Below, piece by piece: positions 1-9,023 of a stretch of DNA of 24,000 nucleotides (within the stretch, counting starts at the first letter, position 1; every line of letters begins with the position of its first letter). Under the pieces are notes generated by a model that was given only the letters and a program-made list of their open reading frames with translations, ran no database searches and was not told where the DNA came from. The position numbers were made by a program, and so were the translations under genes. The DNA is from Peptococcaceae bacterium (GTDB taxonomy: Bacteria > Bacillota > Desulfotomaculia > Desulfotomaculales > Desulfocucumaceae): contig JAILZP010000011.1 of NCBI GenBank assembly GCA_023512435.1, positions 31,630-55,629 of the forward strand, read 5' to 3'.

Positions 1-31
1 TCAATTGTTCTTCAATCAACCCGACAGTCAT
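1..31 (-). CDS. 5' end of an unidentified CDS running off the left edge (MTVGLIEEQL...)
   Basis: ATG at 31-29 on the minus strand, preceded by GAGGAG (40-45) with an 8-nt spacer. Co-oriented with and directly downstream of the transporter gene. Only 10 codons are visible. Confidence 0.3.
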   Translation of the reverse strand, partial: MTVGLIEEQL

Positions 32-103
32 GGCAAACTCTCCTCATGACAATTGATAAAGCGCTGGAATGGGTTTTTCCCGCACCGGCCGCCGCAAATC
101 CGG

Positions 104-1486
104 TCAGCAGGGCAATAAGGTGAAAACCAGGACACCGATGACGAACCAGAGAGCAGAGAATACCAAACCGTAGCCATAGAACTTTCTGAAGTCCACCCGG
201 GCAATGCCGGCCGCCACCACATACCAGAAGGGAGACATCAGGTTGCCCATCTGGTCGCCGATGCCCAGGGCCAGCATTCCCCGCTGGTAAGTTACGCCGA
301 TCGCCGCCGCTGCCTTACTGGTTACAAAGCCCTGGATGACCCACTGCCCGCCGCTGGACGGGACGAAAATGGCGATTATCGTTCCGGCGATGGCCGCCAG
401 CAGGGGGAAGGTCAGCCTGGTAGAAACGGAAGCCATGGCGGTTGCAAAGGATTCGCCCACGGTGGTGTACTGGATTATACCGGCCAGGGCGGCGTACAGG
501 TGGTAGATGATGATTACCGACCAGGAAGACTTTACGGCCTCCTGCAGGGCCCTGGTAAAGTTGTAAACGTTCTTGTGAAGCAGGAAGCACAGAAGCAGGA
601 AGATGGCGTTCAGCGAGTTCAGGTCCAGGCTCAGCTTCTTAACCGCAAAATGGTAATACAGCCAGCCCAGCAGGGCGGCGCACAGGATAAGGGTGATAAA
701 GGTGTATCTTTCCAGCCGTTCTGAATAGGTCAGCTGTTCTCGCTTAGCGTCGCCGGTGGTCACAAAGTCGCTGGTAATGTTAACCTCCGCCAGTTTTTGC
801 GATTCCGGGTAGGCGGAGATGGGGGTGGCATTTTTGGGCGCGAATAAACGGGCAGCTATAATCAGGACCAAAGTAAAAATGATTACCATGGCCACCGCCG
901 CCGGGGACCAGATAGTTGTATTTAATGACATGATCCCCGTGGTTTTCTCCAGGAAGTGGCCGGGGGTAGCCATCAGCAGGGGGCCGCTGGCGGACAAACC
1001 ATACTGCCAGACCGAGTGGGCCGCATAAAAAACAGCCAGCGTAAAAAGAAAGTCGACTTTTATCCCCTTTCTCTCAGCCTCGTTGCAGAAATAAACAGCG
1101 ATGATGGGGGCCAGGGCCACGGCCAGTCCCCAATAGAAGTAGGCCAGGATCGAAACCAGCAAGATTCCCACCACGTGCACCTGAAAGGCTGTTCTGGGTA
1201 TTCCCGACAGCGCAATGACAATACGCCTGAAAATCGGAGTGGACCCGAACACCGAGCTTAACGTGATGATCAAAGTCATCTGCATGGTGAAGGGCAACAG
1301 CATCCACAGTCCCTTGTAATAGGCGTCCATGGTTTTGGACAGAGGGTTGCCTATGACCAAGGCGATGACAAACAGGATGACCAGGAAAAAGATGGAGGCG
1401 GTAATGGCGTCCGGCACCACTCCCTCCATGAACCGCGAAAAACGAACTATTCCGCCCTGCTGTTCTTTTTGCGCACCAGCTTGCAT
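104..1486 (-). CDS. atoE: AtoE-family short-chain fatty acid transporter
   Basis: 460-aa polytopic membrane ORF. Blocks resemble E. coli AtoE from memory: RFSRFMEGVVPD near the N-terminus, LLMATPGH, VPSSGGQWVIQG. RBS is GGAGTGA, 5 nt before the ATG. Confidence 0.8.
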   Translation of the reverse strand: MQAGAQKEQQGGIVRFSRFMEGVVPDAITASIFFLVILFVIALVIGNPLSKTMDAYYKGLWMLLPFTMQMTLIITLSSVFGSTPIFRRIVIALSGIPRTAFQVHVVGILLVSILAYFYWGLAVALAPIIAVYFCNEAERKGIKVDFLFTLAVFYAAHSVWQYGLSASGPLLMATPGHFLEKTTGIMSLNTTIWSPAAVAMVIIFTLVLIIAARLFAPKNATPISAYPESQKLAEVNITSDFVTTGDAKREQLTYSERLERYTFITLILCAALLGWLYYHFAVKKLSLDLNSLNAIFLLLCFLLHKNVYNFTRALQEAVKSSWSVIIIYHLYAALAGIIQYTTVGESFATAMASVSTRLTFPLLAAIAGTIIAIFVPSSGGQWVIQGFVTSKAAAAIGVTYQRGMLALGIGDQMGNLMSPFWYVVAAGIARVDFRKFYGYGLVFSALWFVIGVLVFTLLPC

Positions 1487-1550
1487 AATTTCACTCCTTA
1501 TTATGTTGATTGACTATCAAACAAGGAACGATCATGAACGGGACTCATGT

Positions 1551-1637
1551 TCAAAAAAACCCCGCCTGGGCCGCCACCTGGGCAATCCCCGCCCCCTTGA
1601 AGCCGGGCCCGATTACGGTGATGGTTTTCACTTCCAC
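1551..1637 (-). pseudogene. 28-codon relic of a 3-hydroxyacyl-CoA dehydrogenase (N-terminal Rossmann segment only)
   Basis: My translation of the minus strand: GGAGGAG RBS, then GTG-VEVKTITVIGPGFKGAGIAQVAAQAGFF-stop. The V-I-G-x-G-x-x-G-x-G-I-A-Q pattern is the NAD-binding N-terminus of Hbd/FadB-type dehydrogenases. The ORF stops after 28 aa in the SDR-transporter spacer. Confidence 0.5.
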
Positions 1638-1653
1638 TGATACTCCTCCTGTC

Positions 1654-2421
1654 TTATTCGGTAATGTAGCCGTACACCGACCAGCCTCCGTCCACCACGA
1701 TGGCCTGACCGTTTATGTAGCTGGAATCGTCAGAGGCCAGGAACACCGCCACCCTGGCCACTTCCTCCACGTTCCCCAGACGCCCCATAGGGCAGCGCTT
1801 GGCCAGTTTGGCCTCGTCCAGCATCCCCCTGCCGATGAGGTCGGTGACCAGTTCGGTCATTATATAGCCGGGGCAGATGGCGTTTACCCGGATGTTGTCC
1901 TTTGCCCACTCCACCGCCAGCACCTTGGTCAGGGCGTTGATGCCGCCCTTGCTGGTGGAATAGGCAGCCCGGGCCGGGGCCGCCACCAGCCCGTACATGG
2001 AGGACATATTAATGATGTTGCCGGATTTCTGCTTTAACATCTGCCTGCCGGCCGTCTGGCTGCAGTAGAAGACTCCGTTCAAGTCTATGTCTATGGCCCG
2101 CCTCCAGTCCTCCAGGGGAATCCCGGCGGAGGGCTTGGCCATGGAAATCCCGGCATTGTTCACCAGTATGTCCAGCCGGTCGAATTCCGATACCACCCTT
2201 TCCACCATGGCGCTGACATCAACGGGGTCGGCCACGTTGGCTTTCACGGCTATGGACCGGCCGCCCCTCCGGCGGATCTCCTCCGCCGTTTTGTTGGCAC
2301 CCTCAAAGGTGGTGGCGTTCACCGCCACGGCCGCCCCCTCGGAGGCAAAGGCCAGGCAGATGGCCCTGCCGATGCCCCTGCTGCCTCCCGTTACCAGCGC
2401 CACCTTGTCCTTAAGCTTCAT
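1654..2421 (-). CDS. SDR-family oxidoreductase (FabG-like 3-oxoacyl reductase)
   Basis: 255 aa. Carries TGGSRGIGRAI (TGxxxGIG cofactor motif), NNAG, and the catalytic YSTSK (YxxxK). Confidence 0.9.
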   Translation of the reverse strand: MKLKDKVALVTGGSRGIGRAICLAFASEGAAVAVNATTFEGANKTAEEIRRRGGRSIAVKANVADPVDVSAMVERVVSEFDRLDILVNNAGISMAKPSAGIPLEDWRRAIDIDLNGVFYCSQTAGRQMLKQKSGNIINMSSMYGLVAAPARAAYSTSKGGINALTKVLAVEWAKDNIRVNAICPGYIMTELVTDLIGRGMLDEAKLAKRCPMGRLGNVEEVARVAVFLASDDSSYINGQAIVVDGGWSVYGYITE

Positions 2422-2433
2422 TTTCCTGCCACC

Positions 2434-3957
2434 TTACCTTTGTTTTTTCGTAAACTCCCGCTCCCTGATCGCGCGCTTTAGTATCTTCCCGGTGGAACCC
2501 TTAGGCAGGGCGTCCAGGAACTTCACATAGCGGGGGATCTTGTAGGGGGCTATCTTCGACTTGCAGTACTCCCTGATCTCCTCTTCTGTGGCTGTTTCAC
2601 CCTCCTTTAGCACCACGAAGGCCTTGACCTCTTCTCCCTTCAGCTCGTCGGGCACTCCCACCACGGCGGCCTCGGCCACCTTGGAGCAGGAGTAGAGAAC
2701 TTCTTCAACCTCCCTGGGGTAGACGTTGTAACCGCTCTTCAGGATCATGTCCTTCTTCCTGTCCACGATGAATATGTAGCCGTCCTCATCCTTGTAGGCC
2801 ATGTCGCCGGTGTGGAACCAGCCCCCCCGCATGGCCAGGGCCGTGGCCTCCGGGTCCTTGTAATAACCCTTCATCACGTTGGGGCCCCTGACCACTATCT
2901 CGCCCACCTTGTTCACCGGCAGTTCGTTGTCCTTATCGTCAAATATCTTGATCTCCACCCCGTCAATGGGTATGCCCGTAGAGGCAGGCTTGCGGGGACC
3001 TTCGATGGTGTTGAAGGCGCACACCGGAGAGGTTTCGGACAGTCCGTAGCCCTCGATGACAATGCAGTTGAACATACTTTCGAATTTGGACAACACCTCC
3101 ACCGGGATGGGTGCCCCGCCGGAAACGCACAGGCGCAAGCTGGCGGTGTTGAATTTTAGGGCGTCCGGGTGGTTGATCAGGTAAGTGAACATGGTGGGAA
3201 CACCTGTGAATATAGTGGCCCCGTTGTCCTGGATGGACTTTAGTATTTCCACCGGATCAAACCTCTGGTGCAGGATGAGGGTGCCGCCGTTGTAGATACA
3301 GGTGTTCATCACGCAGGTCTGCCCGAAGCTGTGGGCCAGGGGCAGCACAGCAATCATCCTGTCCCCGGGGTTGCCCCTGATGATACCGTTGTAGGTCAGC
3401 ACATTGGAGCTGATGTTGCCCTGGGACAGCATGGCGCCCTTGGGCCGGCCCGTTGTCCCGGAGGTGTATATGATCACCGCCGGGTCGTCCTCGCTGATTT
3501 TTACCTCCACCGGGCAATCGTCCGAAGATGAAACCAGCCTTTCAAAGTTTATGATCCCCTGGCCCTCCATGCCGGAAACAATGACGCGTTCCAGGCCGCC
3601 AACCCCGCTGATCCCCTTTTGCACCTCCGGGTAATGATCTCTGTCGGTGATAATGATCCGGGAGTCGGAGTGCCGCAAAATATAGTTGATTTCCTCAGCC
3701 CGCAGCAGCACATTAATGGGCACCACCACTGCGCCCAGTTGCTGGACGGCGTAGTAGCCGATTACAAATTCACTGACGTTGGGCAGGTACAGGGACACCT
3801 TGCTCCCGGAAGCGATGCCCAGGCCCTTCAGCCCGTTGCTCAACCTGCTGGCCAGTCCAAAAAGATCGGCGTAACTGACAGTCCGGCTTCCCTCGATGAG
3901 GGCAATCCCGCCGGGCTTACCCGTTCCTCCCCGCACGAAAATCTCCTTGACAAGCAT
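2434..3957 (-). CDS. AMP-forming acyl-CoA synthetase (fatty-acid--CoA ligase family)
   Basis: 507 aa. Carries the AMP-binding signature IIYTSGTTGRPKGAML, plus GEIVVRGPNVMKGYY, WFHTGDMAY and C-terminal GKILKR. Confidence 0.9.
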   Translation of the reverse strand: MLVKEIFVRGGTGKPGGIALIEGSRTVSYADLFGLASRLSNGLKGLGIASGSKVSLYLPNVSEFVIGYYAVQQLGAVVVPINVLLRAEEINYILRHSDSRIIITDRDHYPEVQKGISGVGGLERVIVSGMEGQGIINFERLVSSSDDCPVEVKISEDDPAVIIYTSGTTGRPKGAMLSQGNISSNVLTYNGIIRGNPGDRMIAVLPLAHSFGQTCVMNTCIYNGGTLILHQRFDPVEILKSIQDNGATIFTGVPTMFTYLINHPDALKFNTASLRLCVSGGAPIPVEVLSKFESMFNCIVIEGYGLSETSPVCAFNTIEGPRKPASTGIPIDGVEIKIFDDKDNELPVNKVGEIVVRGPNVMKGYYKDPEATALAMRGGWFHTGDMAYKDEDGYIFIVDRKKDMILKSGYNVYPREVEEVLYSCSKVAEAAVVGVPDELKGEEVKAFVVLKEGETATEEEIREYCKSKIAPYKIPRYVKFLDALPKGSTGKILKRAIREREFTKKQR

Positions 3958-4078
3958 TCCACAATCCTCCGTTGGAAATTATACTGTCGACCTGAAGGCC
4001 TCTTCCGGCCCAATCCGCCGGTACCTCCCGCTAACCGGCACCTCCCACTAAATTGACTATTCTGAAAAAATGTTATTT

Positions 4079-4094
4079 TGCAAATGATATGCCA
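4079..4094 (-). promoter_or_regulatory. sigma-54 (-24/-12) promoter for the acyl-CoA synthetase operon
   Basis: The minus strand reads TGGCATATCATTTGCA, i.e. TGGCAT-N5-TTGCA with canonical GG/GC spacing. It lies about 120 nt upstream of the ATG at 3957. A sigma-54 enhancer-binding protein is encoded immediately upstream. Confidence 0.75.
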
Positions 4095-4182
4095 TATGAA
4101 AAATTTGCGGTTAATGCGAAATATTTTCCTTAACAGAATTTTAAATGAGTCATAATTGGGTCAGTCCGGGGAGGTTTCCCTT

Positions 4183-4225
4183 AAAAAACAAGCGGCTCAC
4201 TGAGTCATTAATAACTCAGTGAGCC
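4183..4225 (-). terminator. Rho-independent terminator of the regulator gene (may double as an activator binding site)
   Basis: Perfect 12-bp inverted repeat GGCTCACTGAGT (4194-4205) / ACTCAGTGAGCC (4214-4225) with an 8-nt loop. On the minus strand it is followed by GCTTGTTTTTT. It starts 19 nt after the regulator stop. Confidence 0.6.
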
Positions 4226-4243
4226 TAAACTGAATCACAAATT

Positions 4244-6328
4244 CTACTTTGAACTTATTTTCCTTATCCTCCGGGAGACCGTGGACTGACTTATCTCCAG
4301 AACCCTGGCCACCTTTCTGGTGCTTCCGTACAGCTCCATGGCCGCCATTATAATATCCCTTTCGTAATGTTCCAGGGCCTTTTTCAACGGTATGAATTCC
4401 CTGGCCTTCCTCTGCCCGCCGCCGGCCTGCACCGCCGTTTTAATATTGGCCGGCAAGTCTGTAAAGGTGATTAAATCTCCGGGGGTGGTGATAACCAACC
4501 TTTCAATTATATTGATCAGCTCCCGCACATTCCCGGGCCAGGAATAATTCATCAGGTGGTCCACCGTTTCAGAGTCTATCACCTTTTTGGTTTTGAACTT
4601 GTCGTTGAAAATACAAAGGTAATGGCTGATCAAGGCTGAAATGTCCTCCGGCCTTTCCCTCAGTGGCGGTATTTCAATAGGGACCACATTCAGCCGGTAG
4701 TACAAGTCCTCCCGGAACCTGCCCTCCCGGGTGAGTTGAGAAATGTCCCTGTTGGTGGCGGCAATCACCCTCACGTCCACCCTTAGGGTGTCAAGTCCCC
4801 CGATCCTCATTATTTCCTGCTCCTGCAGCACTCTGAGAAGTTTGACCTGCATTTCCAGGGGCAACTCGGTCACCTCATCCAGGAAAAGGGTCCCCTTGTC
4901 CGCAATTTCAAACAGGCCGGGCTTGCCCTCCCTCTTGGCCCCGGTAAAGGCCCCCTTCTCATAGCCGAACAACTCGGACTCCAGGAGGTTGACCGGTATT
5001 GCGCCGCAGTTGATGGTAACAAACCTTCCCCGGTCGTTCCTGGGGCTGAGCCGGTGCAGCATCCTGGCCACAACCTCCTTGCCCACACCGGATTCCCCCG
5101 CGATTAGAACTGTGGAGTCCACCGAGGCCACTCTGGAAACCATGTCCAAAACATTTTTCATCAGCTTGCTGCGGGCCACCACGTCCTCCTGGAGGATCAG
5201 CTTCAGCCTCAGCTCGTTGACCTCGTTCTTGTAGCGGTTGGCCAGGTCCTTTTGCCGGATCAGGCTTTCCTTGAGCATGCTCAGCTCGGAAACGTCCCTG
5301 ACGTTGGTAACCACGTAGATAATGTTGCCCTTGTCGTCAAAGACCGGGTTCCCGGTCACTATGGTCTGCCTGCCGGTGCTTACGTTCTGCACCAGGGTCA
5401 CCGACCTCTTCTCCCTCAGCACCCTCAGGGTAACGGACTCGTCCACGGTGCCGTCCAGTTCCATGTCCCTCATGTTCCTGCCGATGCACTTTTCCCTGGG
5501 CAACCCAGTGATCCTTTCAATGGCGTCGTTCACCCGCAAGGTGGTGCCGTTGTGATCGGTGATCCAGATACCGTCGTATGAGGAATTGATAATGGCGTCA
5601 AGTTGCCTGTTCAGGCTCTTTACCCTGTTCAACTCCTCCGAGATGCTTTCCAATTCGCTGAAATCCTGGAATACCGCCACCGCCCCGATTATTTCACCAT
5701 TGTTCATGATGAGGGAATAATTGGCAAAAATCGTCTTGTCAGGAGCAATCTCGGTCTTTACATTGAACTCGGGCCGGCAGGTTTTCAGTATCCACGGAAG
5801 CCTGGACTTGGGCAGCACATCAACGATGTTCATCCCCACCGCGTTGACGCCCTCCATGCCCAGTATGCGCCTGGCCGAGGCGTTGAATATGTTGATCACC
5901 CCGTTCTTGTTCACCGCCACAATGCCGTTGTTGGTGGAGTCAATAAGGGACCGCAGGCTGGACAGGCTGTAGTGCACTCCCTTTTCATAGGAGTTTAAAA
6001 TGTCCGCCGACCTGATTACACCCAGGAATATCCTATCGCTGTCGACTACGGGCAGGATCAGCTTAAAATCCTTGGGGATGTCGATGACCAGGGTGTCCTT
6101 CAAAACAACGGGGAAACCGGTGTCCAGCACGTCTCCCACCGGCTTTCGCAGCTCCGTCTCCCCCGAGCCCAGGGCAGACGTAATTTTAAACACACCGCAG
6201 TACTTTCCTCCGTCCACCACCGGCACGATAAAAAGGTCCCGGACTGTGCACTCCTCCAAGGCGCCGCCGACGGTTTCGCCGGGAGACAAAACCAGTTCGG
6301 CTTCACTCATAATGTCCTGCACCAGCAC
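4244..6328 (-). CDS. sigma-54-dependent transcriptional activator (CBS pair - PAS - PAS - AAA+ - Fis-type HTH)
   Basis: 694 aa. Carries Walker [24 protein letters not shown] (GAFTGA sigma-54 contact motif) and a C-terminal HTH ([20 protein letters not shown]). The N-terminus is CBS-like, followed by two PAS-like segments. Confidence 0.9.
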   Translation of the reverse strand: MLVQDIMSEAELVLSPGETVGGALEECTVRDLFIVPVVDGGKYCGVFKITSALGSGETELRKPVGDVLDTGFPVVLKDTLVIDIPKDFKLILPVVDSDRIFLGVIRSADILNSYEKGVHYSLSSLRSLIDSTNNGIVAVNKNGVINIFNASARRILGMEGVNAVGMNIVDVLPKSRLPWILKTCRPEFNVKTEIAPDKTIFANYSLIMNNGEIIGAVAVFQDFSELESISEELNRVKSLNRQLDAIINSSYDGIWITDHNGTTLRVNDAIERITGLPREKCIGRNMRDMELDGTVDESVTLRVLREKRSVTLVQNVSTGRQTIVTGNPVFDDKGNIIYVVTNVRDVSELSMLKESLIRQKDLANRYKNEVNELRLKLILQEDVVARSKLMKNVLDMVSRVASVDSTVLIAGESGVGKEVVARMLHRLSPRNDRGRFVTINCGAIPVNLLESELFGYEKGAFTGAKREGKPGLFEIADKGTLFLDEVTELPLEMQVKLLRVLQEQEIMRIGGLDTLRVDVRVIAATNRDISQLTREGRFREDLYYRLNVVPIEIPPLRERPEDISALISHYLCIFNDKFKTKKVIDSETVDHLMNYSWPGNVRELINIIERLVITTPGDLITFTDLPANIKTAVQAGGGQRKAREFIPLKKALEHYERDIIMAAMELYGSTRKVARVLEISQSTVSRRIRKISSK

Positions 6329-6559
6329 ATTCCTTCCCCCTTAATACCCTTTAAGCCGTCCTTTCAACAACTTACTTTTCGTCATCCAAAATTCGTTCCG
6401 TCAGGAATTTTAGATTTCCCCCGGTGATGAACCGGGCAGGACAATCACATAGTTCAGGGCCTTTACGGCGTTGATAATGGTATATACCGCCATCAACCGG
6501 CAGGCCAGCCCGGCCAAGTCCCAGATTTTATCAAGGGCAACCCGTTTCTGATTGCTTCC

Positions 6560-7152
6560 GCAACCATGCGGCCCTGCGGTTCCAATCTACTGATGAAAAA
6601 ATTACAATTGAAAACATTATCACCCGGATGGAATAAAAAGTCAACCAAACGATATACTGCAAACCTGGATTATCTATTTTTCATTGCAATATTGATCCAA
6701 ATAGCTCAAATAAAAAATAAGCATGGAAGTTTCGTTATCATAATCATATTTACTTATACCTTGCTTAATAAATAATTCCAGCTGTAATTTATTGCTATTT
6801 GAGTAGACACTTCCTGTTTTTGTTTCAAAGAAATCGTCTTCTCGCCCGCCCACATGCACATAATCATTCTGGTAATATAAGATGCTTTTGTCATTTCTAA
6901 CAAGTTTATACACAACAAATTTTAATTTGTCTGCAGTTAATTTGAGTTGATTATTCCTTAAGCAATGAACAATATTATATGCAATATGCCGCAAAGTGGG
7001 GCCTACCAATTCTATTGCGGATGTTTCCATAAATCTAGGGATTACTTTATGCTTATACTTTATTATTAATGGATCTTGTCATCCCTGACCCAGCATTCCC
7101 CGGCGTGGTAAAGGCAGTTGACACTGGGCAGGAATATGAACTTAATATGAAC
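6560..7152. other. AT-rich segment, likely foreign or inserted DNA
   Basis: Hand counts: 6601-6660 is 20/60 G+C and 6661-6720 is 14/60. A flanking coding line (7801-7860) is 38/60. The right edge carries a tandem 11-bp duplication, AATATGAACTT x2 (7133-7154). Boundaries are approximate. Confidence 0.5.
6674..7030 (-). CDS. hypothetical protein (orphan ORF inside the AT-rich segment)
   Basis: 118-aa ORF with AT-rich codon usage. I saw no recognisable motif and no convincing Shine-Dalgarno upstream of the ATG. Confidence 0.35.
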   Translation of the reverse strand: METSAIELVGPTLRHIAYNIVHCLRNNQLKLTADKLKFVVYKLVRNDKSILYYQNDYVHVGGREDDFFETKTGSVYSNSNKLQLELFIKQGISKYDYDNETSMLIFYLSYLDQYCNEK

Positions 7153-7389
7153 TTATCGTAAGTTGCCTCCAAAAACCGCTTTATTAAACTCATCCGAAGT
7201 GACGTCAACAAATTTCACTTCAACTTTATCACCAAATTTTTCTTTAAACACAAGTCCCAGTTCCTCAGTTTCATCCTTCATAGTCTTTGCTGGGCCGCAT
7301 CCAGCGGCACCCGACCCGCAGCCTCACCCGCCGGACTGAACCGGTTCGTTCACACCAAATACTTTGACCGCAATTTTTTGCATTTCCAT
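7153..7389 (-). CDS. small Cys-rich ars-operon ORF with an in-frame TGA (candidate selenoprotein or pseudogene); ArsD/YuzD-like layout, probably 3'-truncated
   Basis: Not in the ORF track because TGA splits it. My translation: GGAGG-N8-ATG, then MEMQKIAVKVFGVNEPVQSGG[TGA]GCGSGAAGCGPAKTMKDETEELGLVFKEKFGDKVEVKFVDVTSDEFNKAVFGGNLR-stop. The TGA is at 7326-7324. The ORF starts 20 nt after the arsR stop on the same strand. A GC-rich hairpin follows the TGA (7288-7320). Confidence 0.4.
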
Positions 7390-7409
7390 CTTCACATCCT
7401 CCATTTGCG

Positions 7410-7844
7410 TTATTCGTTATCATGTAATGCGTTCAGGTTTTTTTGAGCCCCCGCAGGGAGTAATTTCCCCCTCAATTTGCAGTATGACATTTCGTCATTC
7501 TGCGCCGGTGATGCCGGAACACCCTTGTTTACCCTCTCTTCCACGATGCTTAAGACCAGTTCTTTATATCTGTTATGGTTCTCCACCATTTTATGGCCGA
7601 TAATGGAGTAGTACATCCACTTGCCTTTTTTCCTGTTGGATATCAGCCCGGCTTTTCTTAAAATACCGAGATGGTGCGAAACCGCCGGCTGGGACATGCC
7701 CAGCCGGTCCACCAGTTCGCAGACGCACATTTCATGATCCGTCAGCAAGCTGATTATTCTCATCCTGGTAACGTCCGACAGCGCGCTGAAGTAACCGCAC
7801 AATTCCCGCACGTCCCGCTTCCCGATCAGGCTGCCGCCGTTCAT
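7410..7844 (-). CDS. arsR: ArsR/SmtB-family metalloregulator with the CVC arsenite-sensing motif
   Basis: I place the start at MNGGS... (ATG 7844-7842), which overlaps the acr3 stop as ATGA. The HTH reads [35 protein letters not shown]. The longer track ORF (to 8099) runs antisense-frame through acr3 and is rejected. Confidence 0.85.
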   Translation of the reverse strand: MNGGSLIGKRDVRELCGYFSALSDVTRMRIISLLTDHEMCVCELVDRLGMSQPAVSHHLGILRKAGLISNRKKGKWMYYSIIGHKMVENHNRYKELVLSIVEERVNKGVPASPAQNDEMSYCKLRGKLLPAGAQKNLNALHDNE

Positions 7845-8905
7845 CCCGCATCCCGCAATTCGTGGCTGAAGTATTTGCGTCTGAAATAAAGGGCCACGTT
7901 GACAAGGCTGATCAGCACCGGAACCTCCACCAGCGGGCCGATTACAGTGGCGAAGGCCTGGGCGGAGTGGATGCCGAAGACAGCCACAGCCACGGCGATG
8001 GCCAGCTCGAAGTCGTTGCTGGCGGCGGTGAAGGCAATGGTGGTGGTTTTTCCGTAGTCTGCCCCGATCCACTTTCCAAGGTAAAAGGTCACCAGCCACA
8101 TGAAAACAAAGTATATGGTCAGGGGAATGACAACCCTGATTACTTCGAGGGGCAGGGTGACAATCAGGTCGCCTTTAAGCGAGAACATTACCAGGATTGT
8201 AAACAGCAGGGCAATAAGCGTTATCTTGCTGATCCTGGGAATGAAATTCTTCTCGTACCATTCCCGGCCCCTGGATTTGACCAGCACCGCCCTGGTAATG
8301 TAGCCGGCAATGAAGGGAATACCCAGGTAAATGAACACGCTCTTGGCGATTTCGGCCATGGACACGTTGACCAAAACGCTTTTCAGGCCCAGCCAGGCCG
8401 GAATGACCGCAAGAAACACGTAGGCGTAAATGGAATATGTGAGCACCTGGAAGATGGCGTTGAAGGCCACCAGCCCGGTGACGTATTCCGGGTTTCCGCC
8501 GGCCAGGTCGTTCCACACCAGCACCATGGCGATGCAGCGGGCCAGGCCCACCAGGATGACCCCGGCCATTAAATCCGGCTTGTCCTGCAAAAGCAAAACG
8601 GCCAGGACGAACATGACGACGGGTCCCACAATCCAGTTTTGAACGAGCGACAGGGTTAAAAGCTTTTTATCCATGAAAACGGTGGGAAGTTCCTCGTAAC
8701 GCACCTTGGCCAGGGGGGGGTACATCATTAAAATAAGGCCGATGGCGATGGGTATATTTGTGGTGCCCACCTGAAATTTACCCCAGAAACCGGCGATCTG
8801 CGGGTATACATAACCTGCCCCCACTCCCACGGCCATGGCCAGGAAGATCCACAGGGTTAAATACCGGTCCAGGAATGAAAGTCTGCGTGTCACTGTTTGA
8901 GCCAT
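7841..8905 (-). CDS. acr3: ACR3-family arsenite efflux transporter
   Basis: 354-aa polytopic membrane protein. The N-terminus [25 protein letters not shown] and overall length are typical of Acr3. RBS is GGGAGG, 9 nt before the ATG. Confidence 0.9.
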   Translation of the reverse strand: MAQTVTRRLSFLDRYLTLWIFLAMAVGVGAGYVYPQIAGFWGKFQVGTTNIPIAIGLILMMYPPLAKVRYEELPTVFMDKKLLTLSLVQNWIVGPVVMFVLAVLLLQDKPDLMAGVILVGLARCIAMVLVWNDLAGGNPEYVTGLVAFNAIFQVLTYSIYAYVFLAVIPAWLGLKSVLVNVSMAEIAKSVFIYLGIPFIAGYITRAVLVKSRGREWYEKNFIPRISKITLIALLFTILVMFSLKGDLIVTLPLEVIRVVIPLTIYFVFMWLVTFYLGKWIGADYGKTTTIAFTAASNDFELAIAVAVAVFGIHSAQAFATVIGPLVEVPVLISLVNVALYFRRKYFSHELRDAG

Positions 8906-8961
8906 AAATTATAACCTCCCTATACATTTATATCTGATTGAAAGGACCCTGAACAAAGTCT

Positions 8962-9005
8962 TTCCGCACGTCGGAATTAATATTACGAACCGCCGGTCAT
9001 GGCAA
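8962..9005 (-). promoter_or_regulatory. putative sigma-A promoter of acr3-arsR with an operator-like inverted repeat at the start site
   Basis: The minus strand reads TTGCCA (9005-9000), a 17-nt spacer, then TATTAA (8982-8977). This is followed immediately by TTCCG-N5-CGGAA (8976-8962). Identified by eye only. Confidence 0.4.
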
Positions 9006-9023
9006 AAACATCCCTCCCTCTAT

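Noticed and set aside
1510-2037. Long antisense or alternative-frame ORFs in GC-rich genes (for example 1510-2037, 2087-2530, 7862-8572, 10559-11221, 11437-12132, 14382-14885, 20773-21066)
   Set aside because: They lie opposite or inside strongly supported genes, have biased Arg/Pro/Gly/His composition, no motifs and no RBS. Such ORFs are expected by chance in GC-rich DNA.
6413-6586. 58-codon start-less ORF (IGTAGPHGCGSNQKRVALDKIWDLAGLACRLMAVYTIINAVKALNYVIVLPGSSPGEI) between the regulator gene and the AT-rich insert
   Set aside because: It is protein-like and may be the 3' remnant of a gene cut by the insert. It has no start codon and a stop immediately upstream, and I cannot assign a family. 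It is not reported as a feature.
7133-7154. Tandem AATATGAACTT duplication as a transposon target-site duplication
   Set aside because: The copies are adjacent rather than flanking an element, and no inverted repeats or transposase are present. It is kept only as a boundary marker of the AT-rich insert.
7410-8099. 229-aa track ORF extending the ArsR gene upstream
   Set aside because: Its first 85 codons (Arg/His/Gly-rich, no motif) run through the 3' end of the acr3 gene in another frame. The ArsR homology starts at the internal Met at 7844, whose ATG overlaps the acr3 stop as ATGA.
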